Below are positions 32,908 to 43,934 of a stretch of DNA of 64,000 bases, in pieces (positions within the stretch are counted from its first letter, which is position 1; each line of letters opens with the position of its first letter). The position numbers and the translations under genes are program-made. The stretch is taken from assembly GCA_949298505.1 (NCBI GenBank), contig CASFWW010000023.1:1801-65800 (forward strand). Direction: 5' to 3'. The notes beneath the pieces are model-generated. The model was not told where the DNA came from. It worked only from the letters and a program-made list of their open reading frames with translations, and ran no database searches. Source of the DNA: an uncultured Christensenella sp. (GTDB lineage: Bacteria > Bacillota > Clostridia > Christensenellales > UBA3700).

Positions 32908-32921
32908 TGCTTCTGTTCTCC

Positions 32922-33875
32922 TTATTCGTCCTTACTGCGCAGGTCAAATCCCAGTTCTCTGATCTTCTTGATGACCTCGTCGAGAGACTTCTTGCCGAGG
33001 TTTCTGACCTTGAGCATTTCCTCTTCGGTCTTCTTGGTAAGATCCTGAACGGTGTGGATACCCGCTCTCTTCAAGCAATTGTAGGAACGTACGGACAAGT
33101 CCAGATCCTCGATGCTTGTTTCAAGTTTTCTGTGAGTCTTCTCGTCGTCCTGAGAGATCAGAATTTCTCTGCCCTTCATCGTGTCGACGAGGTTTACGAA
33201 CAAGTTGACGTGATCTTCCATGATCTTCGCGGAAAGGCTGATGACCTCGCGCGGAGAGAAAGTGCCGTTCGTGGTGACGTTTATCGTCAGCTTGTCGTAG
33301 TTTATGTTCTGTCCAAGACGCGTGCTCTCGACTGCGTAACTCGCGCTCTCCACCGGGGTGAAGATGGAGTCGACGGGGATATATCCGAGGGGCTGGGTTT
33401 CGTCCTTGTTCTCGTTTGCGGAAACGTAACCTCTGCCTACGCCGATCGTGATCTCCATTTTAAGATCTGCGCCTTCGTCGAGCGAGCAGATATACATATC
33501 GGGGTTGAGAATTTCGATCTCGGAACCGTGCTGTATATCGCCTGCGGTGACGATGCCTGCCGTATTCTTTTCAATGGTGACGACCTGTCTGAAATCCTTG
33601 TCTTCGGTATGAGCCTTTACAGCGAGACCCTTGATGTTGAGGATGATCTCGGTGACGTCCTCTTTAACTCCGGGAATAGAGCTGAATTCGTGCCTTACGC
33701 CCTCGATCTTGATACCGACGGGAGCCGCGCCCGGAAGCGCGCTGAGAAGGATCCTTCTCAGGCAGTTTCCCAGAGTGGTACCGAATCCGCGTTCGAGCGG
33801 CTCGACGATAAACTGCATTTCTCTGCCTTCGTTTGTCTCTACGCACTCGATTCTCGGTTTCTGAATTTCTATCAT
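32922..33875 (-). CDS. rpoA: RNA polymerase alpha subunit
   Basis: EPLERGFGTTLGN.LRR, LSVRSYNCLKRAGI, RNLGKKS. Confidence 0.98.
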   Translation of the reverse strand: MIEIQKPRIECVETNEGREMQFIVEPLERGFGTTLGNCLRRILLSALPGAAPVGIKIEGVRHEFSSIPGVKEDVTEIILNIKGLAVKAHTEDKDFRQVVTIEKNTAGIVTAGDIQHGSEIEILNPDMYICSLDEGADLKMEITIGVGRGYVSANENKDETQPLGYIPVDSIFTPVESASYAVESTRLGQNINYDKLTINVTTNGTFSPREVISLSAKIMEDHVNLFVNLVDTMKGREILISQDDEKTHRKLETSIEDLDLSVRSYNCLKRAGIHTVQDLTKKTEEEMLKVRNLGKKSLDEVIKKIRELGFDLRSKDE

Positions 33876-33901
33876 ATATACCTCCTGCTAAACGCCGTCG
33901 A

Positions 33902-34525
33902 TTATTTGGAATACAACTCGACGATGAGATGCTCTTCGATCTTCTGCTCCACGTCGCTTCTTTCGGGCAGCTCGACAACTTTGCCGGTGAGGGTCGCGTT
34001 GTCAAACTCAAGCCACTTGGGAAGACCGATGGAATTTGCCGCCTTGAGCTCTTCGAAAATCTTCTTGTCTTTCTTGTTTTCCTTCACTGCGATAACGTCG
34101 CCCTTCTTTACGAGATAAGAAGGAATGTTCACGTTTTCGCCGTTGACGGTGATGAGACCGTGGTTGACGATCTGTCTTGCCTGAGCTCTGCTTGAAGCGA
34201 GGCTGAGGCGGAATACTACGTTGTCGAGTCTTCTTTCGAGAAGAATGAGCATGTTGTCACCGGTGATGCCTCTCATGGTCTCAGCCTTGTCGAAGTAACC
34301 CTTGAACTGCTTCTCGCAAAGTCCGTAAATTCTCTTGGTCTTCTGCTTCTCTCTGAGCTGTATGGAATAGCCGGAAGCCTTCTTTCTTGCGGTGCCGTGC
34401 TGACCGGGAGCGGTGGGACGCTTTGCAAGCGGACACTTCTCCGAAACGCACTTAGCGCCCTTGAGGAACAACTTTACACCCTCGCGTCTGCACTGACGAC
34501 AATCGGGTCCTGTATATTTAGCCAT
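33902..34525 (-). CDS. rpsD: 30S ribosomal protein S4
   Basis: [24 protein letters not shown]. Confidence 0.98.
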   Translation of the reverse strand: MAKYTGPDCRQCRREGVKLFLKGAKCVSEKCPLAKRPTAPGQHGTARKKASGYSIQLREKQKTKRIYGLCEKQFKGYFDKAETMRGITGDNMLILLERRLDNVVFRLSLASSRAQARQIVNHGLITVNGENVNIPSYLVKKGDVIAVKENKKDKKIFEELKAANSIGLPKWLEFDNATLTGKVVELPERSDVEQKIEEHLIVELYSK

Positions 34526-34543
34526 GTGATTTGTACCTCCTGA

Positions 34544-34942
34544 TTACAGCCTTCTGCGCTTGGGCGGACGGCATCCGTTGTGAGGAATGGGAGAAACGTC
34601 TTTGATCATCGTAACTTCCAGACCTGCTACCTGCAACGCTCTGATTGCGGACTCTCTGCCCGTACCCGGACCTTTTACGTAGACTTCTACGCTTCTGAGA
34701 CCGCTCTCGTAAGCGACTTTTGCGGCATCCTCGCTGACCATCTGCGCTGCGAAAGCGGTGGACTTCTTGGAGCCTCTCAGATTGAGCTTGCCACTGCTGG
34801 ACCAGGAAATAGCGTTTCCCTGCAGATCAGTGATCGTAACAATCGTGTTGTTGAAGGAAGCGTGAATATGTGCTGCGCCCTTTTCTACACGACGCTTGTT
34901 GACGGCGCGCTTCTTAGTAGCGGCCTTTTTAGCAACTGCCAT
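34544..34942 (-). CDS. rpsK: 30S ribosomal protein S11
   Basis: [21 protein letters not shown]. Confidence 0.98.
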   Translation of the reverse strand: MAVAKKAATKKRAVNKRRVEKGAAHIHASFNNTIVTITDLQGNAISWSSSGKLNLRGSKKSTAFAAQMVSEDAAKVAYESGLRSVEVYVKGPGTGRESAIRALQVAGLEVTMIKDVSPIPHNGCRPPKRRRL

Positions 34943-34956
34943 TTTTCTTTACCTCC

Positions 34957-35328
34957 TTACTTCTTCTTGCTGCGGCTGACCGTCTTCTTCGGTCCTTTGC
35001 GGGTACGTGCGTTCTGCTTGGTGTTCTGACCTCTTACGGGCAGACCCTTGCGGTGACGGATACCTCTGTAGCAACCGATTTCAGTAAGTCTTTTGATGTT
35101 GAGTTTAACTTCACGCTTCAGCTCGCCCTCAACGGTAAGGTTGTGGTCGATGTATTCACGTATTTTGCTAACTTCGTCCTCGGTCAGATCCTTGACTCTG
35201 GTGTCGGGATTGATACCCGTAGCTTGGAGAACCAGGTTGGATGTAACTCTGCCTATACCGTAGATATAGGTAAGACCGATTTCCACTCTTTTTTCGCGCG
35301 GTAAGTCCACGCCGGCAATACGAGCCAT
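34957..35328 (-). CDS. rpsM: 30S ribosomal protein S13
   Basis: [26 protein letters not shown]. Confidence 0.98.
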   Translation of the reverse strand: MARIAGVDLPREKRVEIGLTYIYGIGRVTSNLVLQATGINPDTRVKDLTEDEVSKIREYIDHNLTVEGELKREVKLNIKRLTEIGCYRGIRHRKGLPVRGQNTKQNARTRKGPKKTVSRSKKK

Positions 35329-35368
35329 TAAACTACCTCCAAAGTGTGTGTTTGTATATTAGACGATT

Positions 35369-35476
35369 TGAGGAAGACAGGTTTTGAAGTGTGACGTGCC
35401 TGTCCAGCCGCTCCCCTCACGAATAATCACATAATTTTGCTATGGTATTATAGCATACCAAATATTAAAATAGCAA
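35369..35476 (-). promoter_or_regulatory. Internal promoter and structured leader upstream of rpsM (candidate r-protein leader)
   Basis: TTGCTA-18 nt-TATAAT (35447..35476), then a TGAGG...GGACAGG/CCTGTCT...CCTCA stem. Confidence 0.5.
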
Positions 35477-35565
35477 ACAAAATTTACTACTTTTTAAGAC
35501 AAAGACGCGCGCAGAAAGAAATTTCCTTCCTACGCAGCTTCTTTTCCTCATTTTATTAAGGGTGA

Positions 35566-35682
35566 TTAGCCCTGTCTCTGCTTGTGCTTCTTGTATTTGG
35601 AGCAGATGATCATGACTTTTCCGTCTCTCTTGATTACTCTGCATTTGTCGCACATGGGCTTTACAGAAGGTCTGACTTTCAT
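35566..35682 (-). CDS. rpmJ: 50S ribosomal protein L36 (not in the ORF track)
   Basis: Manual translation [38 protein letters not shown]; GGAGG RBS. Confidence 0.97.
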   Translation of the reverse strand: MKVRPSVKPMCDKCRVIKRDGKVMIICSKYKKHKQRQG

Positions 35683-35701
35683 TTTTTTATCCTCCGATCT
35701 C

Positions 35702-35923
35702 TTAGTTCTTATTGCGCCAGACGATGCGACCCTTGGTCAGATCGTACGGGCTTAGTTCGACTTTCACGGTATCTCCTTCAAGAATCTTGATGTAATTCTT
35801 TCTGAGCTTGCCTGACAGGTATGCGACGATTTCGTGATTGTTCGTCAACCTGACTCTGAAATTCGTGTTGGGCAGTACTTCTATTACTACGCCTTCGGCT
35901 TCGATGCAATCTTCTTTCGACAT
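35702..35923 (-). CDS. infA: Translation initiation factor IF-1
   Basis: [30 protein letters not shown]. Confidence 0.98.
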   Translation of the reverse strand: MSKEDCIEAEGVVIEVLPNTNFRVRLTNNHEIVAYLSGKLRKNYIKILEGDTVKVELSPYDLTKGRIVWRNKN

Positions 35924-35925
35924 TT

Positions 35926-36201
35926 TTACCTCCCCGGTTGTTGATATTTTTTCAGCTCTGCGGAAACCGCTTTGTCTGTAATTTTGCCTTCTTCGAGCGA
36001 CTTTTTCAGGTCTTCGCGCTCATCCGTCCTGACGAGATGCTTGAATCTCTTCATCTTGGGATTGTCCAGTTTTCTCAGCCTGCCGTCGGTTACCAGACAA
36101 AAGTCTTCGCCGACGATCTTGACCACGAGATAAACTCTGCCCGCGTCGTGACCCGCTCTCGATATTGCGACGTCGCCCGTCTTCAAGTTGTAATCTTTCA
36201 T
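35926..36201 (-). CDS. KOW-domain RNA-binding protein (L14e-like)
   Basis: [24 protein letters not shown]; usual position between map and infA. Confidence 0.88.
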   Translation of the reverse strand: MKDYNLKTGDVAISRAGHDAGRVYLVVKIVGEDFCLVTDGRLRKLDNPKMKRFKHLVRTDEREDLKKSLEEGKITDKAVSAELKKYQQPGR

Positions 36202-36202
36202 A

Positions 36203-36949
36203 TCACAGCGACAGGATCTCCACTCCGTCTTCGGTTATCGCCAGGGTGTTTTCGTAGTGCGCCGACGGTTTCCCGTCCGCAGTCACCACCGTCCAGCCGT
36301 CGTCCAGCATACGGACGTCGTACGTCCCCGCGTTGACCATAGGCTCGACGGCGATCGTCATATTCTTTCTGAGCCTGAGGCCGTGTCCCGCCTTCCCGTA
36401 ATTGGGAACTTCGGGGTCTTCGTGCATATCGGTGCCGATGCCGTGTCCGACGAGCGCTCTTACGACCGAAAAGCCGTTTGCTTCTACGTAAGACTGGATC
36501 GCGTGTCCCAGGTCTCCGAGCCTCACTCCGTCTTTCAGGATCTTCACTCCTTCAAAGAAGCTTCTTTCCGTGACGTCGATCAGCTTCTGCTTTTCTTCAG
36601 ACACCTTGCCGACCGCGAACGTTCTCGCCGCGTCGCCGTTGTATCCTTTATAGACAGACCCGATGTCCACGCTGACGATCTGCCCTTCTTCTATATATCT
36701 CTTTTCGGACGGGATGCCGTGAACGACTTCCTCGTCAATGGATATACATGCCGAAGCGGGATATCCGTCGTACCCTAAAAACGAGGGCACCGCGTTGCAT
36801 GAGACGATGTAATCGTGCGCGATCTTGTCGAGCTGCTTGGTCGTCATACCCGGTCTGATCTTGTCTCTGAGCAGATCCAGGGTATCTCTGACGATCTGAT
36901 TTGCTTTGCGCATCAGCTCTATCTCATGCGCGCTCTTAACAGTTACCAT
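36203..36949 (-). CDS. map: Methionine aminopeptidase type I
   Basis: VVHGIP, D..G.Y.GD.ART, GHGIG..MHEDP, EPM, SAHYE. Confidence 0.97.
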   Translation of the reverse strand: MVTVKSAHEIELMRKANQIVRDTLDLLRDKIRPGMTTKQLDKIAHDYIVSCNAVPSFLGYDGYPASACISIDEEVVHGIPSEKRYIEEGQIVSVDIGSVYKGYNGDAARTFAVGKVSEEKQKLIDVTERSFFEGVKILKDGVRLGDLGHAIQSYVEANGFSVVRALVGHGIGTDMHEDPEVPNYGKAGHGLRLRKNMTIAVEPMVNAGTYDVRMLDDGWTVVTADGKPSAHYENTLAITEDGVEILSL

Positions 36950-37562
36950 CTATTACCTTTATGATCCCGGAGGTCACTTCCGCAACGTCCTTCATGCCGT
37001 CAACGTCTCTGAGCACTCCCTTTGCGGAATAGTACTCGATGAGCGGCGCGGTCTGTCTTTCGTAAACTTCAAGTCTGGATTTGACGGTCTCTTCCTTGTC
37101 GTCGTCTCTCTGGTACAGCCTGGCGCCGCACTTGTCGCAGACGTCCGAAGGATGAGTGGATACGTGATAGCTCTCACCGCAAACGCACATGCGTCTGCCG
37201 GCGATACGGGCGACGACCGCCTCGTTGTCCACCACGATGTTGACCGCAAGCGTGACTTCCGTGATCTTGTCAAGCGCTTTGGCTTGTTCGATGGTCCTGG
37301 GAAAACCGTCGAGGAGATAGCCATTTTTGCAATCCGCCTCCGCGAGTCTCGCCTGCATGACCTTTATGATCACCTCGTCGGGAACGAGGGCGCCTTTGTC
37401 GATATAACTCTTCGCCAGCTTGCCCAGCTCCGTTCCCTCTTTGATGTTGGCTCTGAGTATGTCTCCCGTAGAGATGTGCGGGATGCCGTACTTTTCGCTT
37501 ATTCTCTTTGCCTGCGTGCCCTTGCCTGCGCCGGGCGCGCCCAGAAATACGAGGTTTTTCAT
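36936..37562 (-). CDS. adk: Adenylate kinase
   Basis: GAPGAGKGTQA, HISTGD, LDGFPR, Cys-containing LID. Confidence 0.97.
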   Translation of the reverse strand: MKNLVFLGAPGAGKGTQAKRISEKYGIPHISTGDILRANIKEGTELGKLAKSYIDKGALVPDEVIIKVMQARLAEADCKNGYLLDGFPRTIEQAKALDKITEVTLAVNIVVDNEAVVARIAGRRMCVCGESYHVSTHPSDVCDKCGARLYQRDDDKEETVKSRLEVYERQTAPLIEYYSAKGVLRDVDGMKDVAEVTSGIIKVIDGNC

Positions 37563-37563
37563 A

Positions 37564-38856
37564 TTACTTCAAAAATCCTTTGTAGTGTTTCATCATGATC
37601 TGCGATTCGAGCTGCTTGTCGAGTTCGAGCGCCACGCTTACGATAATCAGCATACCTGTCGCGCTGAATGCGTTGGTCATACCGATCGTCTGTCCGAGCG
37701 CGTTGAAACCGAAAGTCGGAACTATCGCTATGAACGCGAGGAACAATGCTCCGAACAGGGTTATACGGCTGTTTATCTTCGCAAGATATTCGCTGGTCGG
37801 CTTGCCGGGTCTTACGCCCTGGATCGTGCCGCCGTACTGCTGAAGGTTTCTCGCAACGTCTATCGGGTTGAACTGTATCTGCGCGTAGAAGTATGCGAAG
37901 AATATGATGAAGATAAACGTGAAGATGTAGTAGACAGCAGTTCCTGCGCCGAGGTACCTCGCGTAGAACACCACTACCGCGTTGTCCTGCGGGAAGAACG
38001 AAAGGATCATCTGCGGGAACATCAGGAACGCCGAAGCGAAGATGATGGGCATGACGCCGCTCGCATTGACCTTCATCGGGATGTAGGTGGACTGACCGCC
38101 GTACATCTTGTTGCCTTTTACCTGTTTTGCGTAGTTTACCTTGATTCTGCGTTCGCTGCCGTCGATGAAGACGATGAGCAGGAACATGACGAGTACGAGC
38201 AGCAGATAACCGAGAATGTACCAGATGTTATCGGGCTGATCTCCCAGAGTGCTGAACGCGCTGAACAGCGACGTCGCAAACGAGGAAACGATACCGATGA
38301 AGATGATCATCGAAGAACCGTTGCCGATTCCGTATTCGGTAATTCTCTCGCTCAGCCACATGACGAGCGTGGAACCTGCCGTGAGCAGAATTATGATGAT
38401 GGCTCCGCTGACGGCTTCGCTTTCAAACGTGGGTTCAATCGCGCCCGAGTTGTGGAAGGTGACCACAATGCCTATGCCCTGGACGATCGCAAGCGCTATC
38501 GCTACGTATCTGGTGATCTGAGTCACTTTGGCGCGGCCTTCGTCTCCTTCTTTGCTCATTCTCTCGAGAGGAGGGATAATCAGTGTCAACAGCTGCATGA
38601 TGATGAAACTGTTGATAAACGGCAGAATGCCCAGCGCGAACAACGTGCCTTGGGCAAGCGATCCGCCGGACACGACGTTCATGATCTGAAGCAACGTGTT
38701 GTTATTGCCCGTAACGGCTTCCTGAACTACATTGAAATCAAGTCCCGGGACGGGAATATAACAGCCTATTCTGTACACCAGGAGAAGTCCCAGCGTTATG
38801 AATATCTTGATTCTTAAACTTCTGTCTTTGAAAGCGTTAACCAGCGTCTGCCACAT
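37564..38856 (-). CDS. secY: Preprotein translocase SecY
   Basis: ALGILPFI, ITEYGIGNG.S, SGVMPIIFA, GVRPG. Confidence 0.97.
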   Translation of the reverse strand: MWQTLVNAFKDRSLRIKIFITLGLLLVYRIGCYIPVPGLDFNVVQEAVTGNNNTLLQIMNVVSGGSLAQGTLFALGILPFINSFIIMQLLTLIIPPLERMSKEGDEGRAKVTQITRYVAIALAIVQGIGIVVTFHNSGAIEPTFESEAVSGAIIIILLTAGSTLVMWLSERITEYGIGNGSSMIIFIGIVSSFATSLFSAFSTLGDQPDNIWYILGYLLLVLVMFLLIVFIDGSERRIKVNYAKQVKGNKMYGGQSTYIPMKVNASGVMPIIFASAFLMFPQMILSFFPQDNAVVVFYARYLGAGTAVYYIFTFIFIIFFAYFYAQIQFNPIDVARNLQQYGGTIQGVRPGKPTSEYLAKINSRITLFGALFLAFIAIVPTFGFNALGQTIGMTNAFSATGMLIIVSVALELDKQLESQIMMKHYKGFLK

Positions 38857-39299
38857 TATAGTACCTCTACTTTGCCACCTGCTTTTTCAATTGCCTCCGC
38901 AGCCGACTTTGTGAATTTGTTTGCGCGGACGGTGATCTTCTTGGTCAGCTCGCCTTTGCCGAGGACCTTTATGCCGTAAGGCAGGACCTTGCTCAGAACG
39001 CCGCTGGAGAGAAGAACTTCCGCGTCGATAACGTCGCCGTCGTTGAATCTTTCGAGATCGCAGACGTTGACGATCGAGTATTCTTTCTTGAAGTAGTTGT
39101 TGAAGCCTCTTTTGGGGATTCTTCTGATGAGGGGCATCTGACCGCCTTCAAAACCGGGTCTTACGCCGCCGCCGCTTCTCGCCCACTGTCCTTTATGACC
39201 CTTGCCGGAGGTCTTTCCGAGACCGGAACCGATACCTCTGCCGAGTCTTCTGGGCTCTTTCTTTGCTCCCTGTGCGGGCGCCATGTCATGTAATTTCAT
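38856..39299 (-). CDS. rplO: 50S ribosomal protein L15
   Basis: [32 protein letters not shown]. Confidence 0.98.
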   Translation of the reverse strand: MKLHDMAPAQGAKKEPRRLGRGIGSGLGKTSGKGHKGQWARSGGGVRPGFEGGQMPLIRRIPKRGFNNYFKKEYSIVNVCDLERFNDGDVIDAEVLLSSGVLSKVLPYGIKVLGKGELTKKITVRANKFTKSAAEAIEKAGGKVEVL

Positions 39300-39310
39300 A
39301 GCCTGTCTCC

Positions 39311-39490
39311 TTATGCCTCTTCGACTTTGACGAGGTGGCTGACCACTTTGATCATGCCCTTCGTGCAGCCGTTGTCAGGAACTACGTTGGAGGAGCCGAC
39401 TTTCTTGAGTCCGAGCGCCTCAACGGTTGCCTTCTGCTTTTCAGTGCAGCTTATTGTGCTCTTTACGAGAGTTACTTTGATATTAGCCAT
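39311..39490 (-). CDS. rpmD: 50S ribosomal protein L30 (not in the ORF track)
   Basis: Manual translation [59 protein letters not shown]; lies between rpsE and rplO. Confidence 0.95.
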   Translation of the reverse strand: MANIKVTLVKSTISCTEKQKATVEALGLKKVGSSNVVPDNGCTKGMIKVVSHLVKVEEA

Positions 39491-39503
39491 CCTTTTACCC
39501 TCC

Positions 39504-40019
39504 TCAGCCCATTATTTCTTCAACGGTCTTGCCGCGGAGCGCCGCGACCTGTTCAACCGTCTTGAGTTTCTTCAGAGCGTCCATCGTAGCTTTTACGCAG
39601 TTGATGGGGTTGTTGCTTCCGAGAGACTTGGTGCGGATATCCTTGATGCCGGATACCTCGAGGATCGCACGAACGGGACCGCCCGCGATAACTCCGGTAC
39701 CTTCGCTTGCCGGCATTATGATGACCTTTGAGCTGCCGAACTCACCGATCGCTTCGTGAGGAATAGTCGTTCCCACAAGCGATACCTGGACCATATTGCG
39801 CTTCGCGTCAGCGGTAGCCTTGCGGATAGCTTCGGGAATTTCAGCCGCCTTACCGGTGCCGATACCCAGCATACCCTTGCCGTCGCCAACTACCATAAGC
39901 GCCGCAAGCCTCATCGTTCTGCCGCCTTTGACGACCTTGGTAACGCGTCTGACAGCGATCAGCTTGTTGAGCATCTCGTCTCTTTCGCTGTTCTGGAATT
40001 TATTCTCTTTCTTAGCCAT
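39504..40019 (-). CDS. rpsE: 30S ribosomal protein S5
   Basis: [27 protein letters not shown]. Confidence 0.98.
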   Translation of the reverse strand: MAKKENKFQNSERDEMLNKLIAVRRVTKVVKGGRTMRLAALMVVGDGKGMLGIGTGKAAEIPEAIRKATADAKRNMVQVSLVGTTIPHEAIGEFGSSKVIIMPASEGTGVIAGGPVRAILEVSGIKDIRTKSLGSNNPINCVKATMDALKKLKTVEQVAALRGKTVEEIMG

Positions 40020-40033
40020 TTTCGTTCCTCCGA

Positions 40034-40402
40034 TTAGAATTTGAGACCGGCTTCTCTTGCGCCGTCCGCGACCATCTTCACGCGTCCCGTGTAGAGGTAA
40101 CCGCCTCTGTCGAATACGACCTCGGTGATGCCCGCAGCAAGCGCCTTTTCAGCGACCTTACCGCCGACGTACTTTGCCGCTTCGCACTTTGTCATCTCGG
40201 CAACTTCTTTGACTACGTCCTTATCCAGAGTGGAGCAGGAAACGAGGGTGTTGCCCTTAACGTCGTCAATGATCTGTACGGTGATATTGTTCGTGCTTCT
40301 GTACACGTTGAAACGCGGTCTTTCCGCTGTGCCGCTTATCTTGGCGCGGATTCTCATGTGTCTTTTCTGTCTGATAGCGTTTTTATCAATATTCTTTATC
40401 AT
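40034..40402 (-). CDS. rplR: 50S ribosomal protein L18
   Basis: [20 protein letters not shown]. Confidence 0.98.
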   Translation of the reverse strand: MIKNIDKNAIRQKRHMRIRAKISGTAERPRFNVYRSTNNITVQIIDDVKGNTLVSCSTLDKDVVKEVAEMTKCEAAKYVGGKVAEKALAAGITEVVFDRGGYLYTGRVKMVADGAREAGLKF

Positions 40403-40415
40403 ATCCTACTCCTTA

Positions 40416-40958
40416 TTACTTCGTACCCTTCTTGCCTTCCTTGCGTGCGATCACTTCGTCGCTGTAACGGATACCGTACGCATGATAGGGATCGGGTTTG
40501 CGAAGCGATCTGATCTCTGCGGCAAACTGACCGACTTTTTCATTGTCGATGCCTTTGACGATAATATCTTTTTCAGACGGAACTTCGAGGGTGATGCCTT
40601 CGATCTCCGCCACTTCGATATTGTGAGAGTAACCGATGCTCAGAACGACTTTGTTGCCCTGTTTCACAACTCTGTAACCGACGCCGTTGACGACGAGACC
40701 TTTCTGGAAGCCCTTCGTTACGCCTTCAACCATGTTGAAGATCAGCTTGCGGTACAGACCGTGCATGGATTTGATTTCTTTTTCTTCGCTGTTTCTTGAG
40801 CAGACGACGTGACCGTTTTCAACCTTTACGGTGATCGCCTTGTTTACCTGCCTTGAAAGCGTTCCCTTGGGTCCTTTGACCGTGACGAGGTTCTCGGGAG
40901 AAACCGTGACCTCTACGCCCTGAGGAATAACAACGGGAAGTCTACCAATTCTCGACAT
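40416..40958 (-). CDS. rplF: 50S ribosomal protein L6
   Basis: MSRIGRLP, VKGPKG, GVGYR. Confidence 0.98.
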   Translation of the reverse strand: MSRIGRLPVVIPQGVEVTVSPENLVTVKGPKGTLSRQVNKAITVKVENGHVVCSRNSEEKEIKSMHGLYRKLIFNMVEGVTKGFQKGLVVNGVGYRVVKQGNKVVLSIGYSHNIEVAEIEGITLEVPSEKDIIVKGIDNEKVGQFAAEIRSLRKPDPYHAYGIRYSDEVIARKEGKKGTK

Positions 40959-40971
40959 ATCTTATTCCTCC

Positions 40972-41370
40972 TTACCAGACGTACGCCAGCACTTCGCCGC
41001 CGACGTGTTGTGCTCTCGCTTCCTTGTCGGTCATAACGCCCTTGGAAGTGGAAACGATCGCAATGCCCAAGCCGCCCAGAACTTTGGGAAGCTTGTCGGA
41101 AGAAGCGTATACGCGCAAACCGGGCTTGGATATTCTCTTTATACCGGTGATTACGCGCTCCTTCTTCGCGCCGTATTTAAGATTTACTTTCATAACACTT
41201 TGAACACCGCTTTCGACAAGCTCTACGCTCTCGATGTAACCCTCTTTGACCAGAATGTCAGCGATAGACTTCTTGATCTTGGAATAGGGAACCTCGACGC
41301 TTTCGTGTCTCGCAACGAGTCCGTTGCGGATACGGGTGAGCATATCAGCGATAGGATCAGTTATCATCAT
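40972..41370 (-). CDS. rpsH: 30S ribosomal protein S8
   Basis: [22 protein letters not shown]; start corrected to the MMITD Met. Confidence 0.98.
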   Translation of the reverse strand: MMITDPIADMLTRIRNGLVARHESVEVPYSKIKKSIADILVKEGYIESVELVESGVQSVMKVNLKYGAKKERVITGIKRISKPGLRVYASSDKLPKVLGGLGIAIVSTSKGVMTDKEARAQHVGGEVLAYVW

Positions 41371-41387
41371 AGTCTGTATTCCTCCGA

Positions 41388-41573
41388 TTACCAGCTGGAT
41401 TTCTTGACTCCCGGAATTTCGCCCTTGTAAGCGAGTTCGCGGAAGCAAATTCTGCAAATGCCGTACTTTCTCAACACAGCGTGGGGTCTGCCGCAGATCT
41501 TGCATCTGGTGTAAGCCCTGGTCGAGAACTTGGGAGCCTTCTGCTGTTTGTTTATCATAGCTTTCTTTGCCAT
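41388..41573 (-). CDS. rpsN: 30S ribosomal protein S14, Zn-binding type Z
   Basis: 61 aa; RCKICGR...CRICFRE. Confidence 0.97.
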   Translation of the reverse strand: MAKKAMINKQQKAPKFSTRAYTRCKICGRPHAVLRKYGICRICFRELAYKGEIPGVKKSSW

Positions 41574-41586
41574 TATCTTAACCTCC

Positions 41587-42144
41587 TTACTTTACAAAGG
41601 GTACGCCGAGAAGCGTAAGAAGTTCTTTAGCTTCAGCGTCCGTCTTTGCGGTCGTTACGAAACATACGTCGAAGCCCCTGATCTTTTCGATCTTGTCGTA
41701 CTGGATCTCAGGGAAGATAAGCTGTTCCTTAACGCCCATAGCGTAGTTGCCGCGTCCGTCGAACGAATCTGCGGGAACGCCCTTGAAGTCTCTGACTCTG
41801 GGGAGCGCGATGGAGATGAGCTTATCCATAAAGTCATACATCTTCGCGCCTCTCAAAGTAACTTTGGCTCCGATAACCATGCCTTCTCTGACCTTGAAGT
41901 TTGCAACGCTCTTCTTAGCCTTGGTCAGAACGGGTGCCTGACCTGCGATAGCCTTGAGCTCTTCTACAGCCAGCTGGAGGCTCTTGCTGTTGTCCTTTAC
42001 GTCTCCGAGTCCCATGTTGAGGACGATCTTGTCGAGGCGGGGAACTTCGTTGATATTCTTATATGCGAATTTCTTTTCAAGAGCGGGTACTACCTCTTTC
42101 TTGTAAAGCTCCGCAATTCTGTAAACTCTTTTCTCTTCTGCCAC
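41587..42144 (-). CDS. rplE: 50S ribosomal protein L5
   Basis: [25 protein letters not shown]. Confidence 0.98.
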   Translation of the reverse strand: MAEEKRVYRIAELYKKEVVPALEKKFAYKNINEVPRLDKIVLNMGLGDVKDNSKSLQLAVEELKAIAGQAPVLTKAKKSVANFKVREGMVIGAKVTLRGAKMYDFMDKLISIALPRVRDFKGVPADSFDGRGNYAMGVKEQLIFPEIQYDKIEKIRGFDVCFVTTAKTDAEAKELLTLLGVPFVK

Positions 42145-42158
42145 AGTGGGATCCTCCG

Positions 42159-42596
42159 TTAGTTGTTCTCGGTTGCGTCAGTCTTTTCAGCCTTCTTGGT
42201 CGCTTTCTTTGCAGTCTTAGCGCCCTTCTTAGCCGTTGACTTAGCCTTAGACTTGCTTACGTTGTCGAGACTTGCGCCGCACTTCTTGCAGATGCGCTCT
42301 TTGACGGTCTTGCCGTTTGCGTCTTTATCAACTTTGTGAGCAACCTTGGTGGTCTTGCCGCACACGGGGCAGATGATCATCACGTTGGATGCGTCGATAG
42401 CTCTTTCTCTCTCGACGATGCCGCCCTTTTCCTGCGCGTTGCGCGGTTTGACGAAATGTTTCTCGGTCTTGAGTCCGTCGCCTTTGACGACTACTCTGCC
42501 GGATTTGGTATCGACGTTGTCGATCTGTCCGGTCTTGCCCTTATCGCAACCCGCGATGATCTTGACCGCGTCGCCTTTCTTTACGTTCATACTCAT
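42159..42596 (-). CDS. rplX: 50S ribosomal protein L24 with two CxxC motifs and a Lys/Ala-rich tail
   Basis: VKKGD.V.IIAG.DKGKTG KOW motif, I.ASNV. Confidence 0.95.
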   Translation of the reverse strand: MSMNVKKGDAVKIIAGCDKGKTGQIDNVDTKSGRVVVKGDGLKTEKHFVKPRNAQEKGGIVERERAIDASNVMIICPVCGKTTKVAHKVDKDANGKTVKERICKKCGASLDNVSKSKAKSTAKKGAKTAKKATKKAEKTDATENN

Positions 42597-42609
42597 TTCG
42601 CTGTCCTCC

Positions 42610-42978
42610 TTAAATAACCTCGGGTGCGAGGGAGATGATCTTCATGTAGTTCTTATCACGCAGTTCTCTCGCGATTGGTCCGAAGATACGGGTACCTCTG
42701 GGTTGCTTCTGATTGTCTATGATTACCGCCGCGTTGTCGTCGAATCTGATATAAGAACCGTCCTTTCTTCTGACGCCCTTGCTCGTTCTGACGATAACCG
42801 CCTTTACCACTTCACCCTTCTTAACGGCGCCTCCGGGAATAGCGCTCTGTATTGCCGCGACGATGACGTCGCCGATGTTTCCGCTTCTGCGGAAAGAACC
42901 GCCCAGTACTCTGATGCACTTGATTTCCTTAGCTCCGGAGTTGTCCGCTACGTTTAATCTGCTTTCCGGTTGTATCAT
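42610..42978 (-). CDS. rplN: 50S ribosomal protein L14
   Basis: [25 protein letters not shown]. Confidence 0.98.
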   Translation of the reverse strand: MIQPESRLNVADNSGAKEIKCIRVLGGSFRRSGNIGDVIVAAIQSAIPGGAVKKGEVVKAVIVRTSKGVRRKDGSYIRFDDNAAVIIDNQKQPRGTRIFGPIARELRDKNYMKIISLAPEVI

Positions 42979-42992
42979 TGTGGTGCCTCCTA

Positions 42993-43247
42993 TTACTTCG
43001 CCTTTTCGATGATTTCGACGACTCTCCAGCACTTATCCTTGCTGATCGGTCTGGTCTCCGCTACGAGAACGGTATCGCCGATGCCGCAGGAGTTGCTTTC
43101 GTCGTGAGCCTTCAGCTTCTTCGTCCTGTTGACGATTTTGCCGTAAAGAGGATGCTTAACACGCTCTTTTATAGCTACGACGACCGTCTTGTCCATCTTG
43201 TCGCTTACTACTATGCCGACTCTGCTTTTTCTCAAATTTCTTTCCAT
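42993..43247 (-). CDS. rpsQ: 30S ribosomal protein S17
   Basis: [27 protein letters not shown]. Confidence 0.98.
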   Translation of the reverse strand: MERNLRKSRVGIVVSDKMDKTVVVAIKERVKHPLYGKIVNRTKKLKAHDESNSCGIGDTVLVAETRPISKDKCWRVVEIIEKAK

Positions 43248-43261
43248 GTCGTTTGTCCTCC

Positions 43262-43501
43262 TCACTTAGCCGCCTTCTTGGACTTACCGGTCTTGGTCGG
43301 CTCTGCGGATATGCCCAGTTCTCTCTGACGAATGATCGTCATGCACTTAGCGATGTCCTTTCTGCAGGTCCTGATCTGGCTGTTGTTTTCAAGGTTACCG
43401 CTCTTGTGCTTGAAACGAAGGTTGAGCAGATCCTGTTTGAGGCTGACGAGCTTAACCTGAAGCTCTTCGTTGGTCATTTCCATAAAATTAGTTGCTTTCA
43501 T
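43262..43501 (-). CDS. rpmC: 50S ribosomal protein L29
   Basis: EEL...L..LK..L.NLRF, IR..RKDIA; lies between rplP and rpsQ. Confidence 0.93.
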   Translation of the reverse strand: MKATNFMEMTNEELQVKLVSLKQDLLNLRFKHKSGNLENNSQIRTCRKDIAKCMTIIRQRELGISAEPTKTGKSKKAAK

Positions 43502-43934
43502 CTTCGTTCACCTCTTCACCGCTTTCTTCGCCTTTCTTGACGAACTTGCACTTTATCGGGAGCTTGTGCGACGCAAGGCGGAGCGCCTCTCTCGCAATTT
43601 CTTCCGATACGCCAGCCATCTCGAACATGACTCTGCCCGGTTTGACGACTGCCACCCAGTACTCTACGCTACCTTTACCGCTACCCATTCTGGTCTCAGC
43701 GGGCTTCTTGGTGACAGGCTTGTGGGGGAATATGTCTATCCACACCTGACCGCCTCTCTTGATGTATCTCGTCATAGCGATACGAGCCGCTTCGATCTGA
43801 TTGGAGGTAATCCAGCTCGGCTCGAGGGCTACCAGTCCGTATTCGCCGTAAGCGATCTTGTTACCCTTGTTAGCCTTGCCGCTGAGTCTGCCGCGATGCA
43901 CGCGACGTCTCTTTACTCTTTTAGGCATTAACAT
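43488..43934 (-). CDS. rplP: 50S ribosomal protein L16
   Basis: [25 protein letters not shown]. Confidence 0.98.
   Translation of the reverse strand: MLMPKRVKRRRVHRGRLSGKANKGNKIAYGEYGLVALEPSWITSNQIEAARIAMTRYIKRGGQVWIDIFPHKPVTKKPAETRMGSGKGSVEYWVAVVKPGRVMFEMAGVSEEIAREALRLASHKLPIKCKFVKKGEESGEEVNEDESN

Noticed and set aside
40972-41505. Apparent N-terminal extensions in the ORF track (S8, L14, S17, PyrK, LacI, GH36, GSIII)
   Set aside because: Artefacts of upstream alternative start codons; the RBS-supported internal ATGs give normal lengths.
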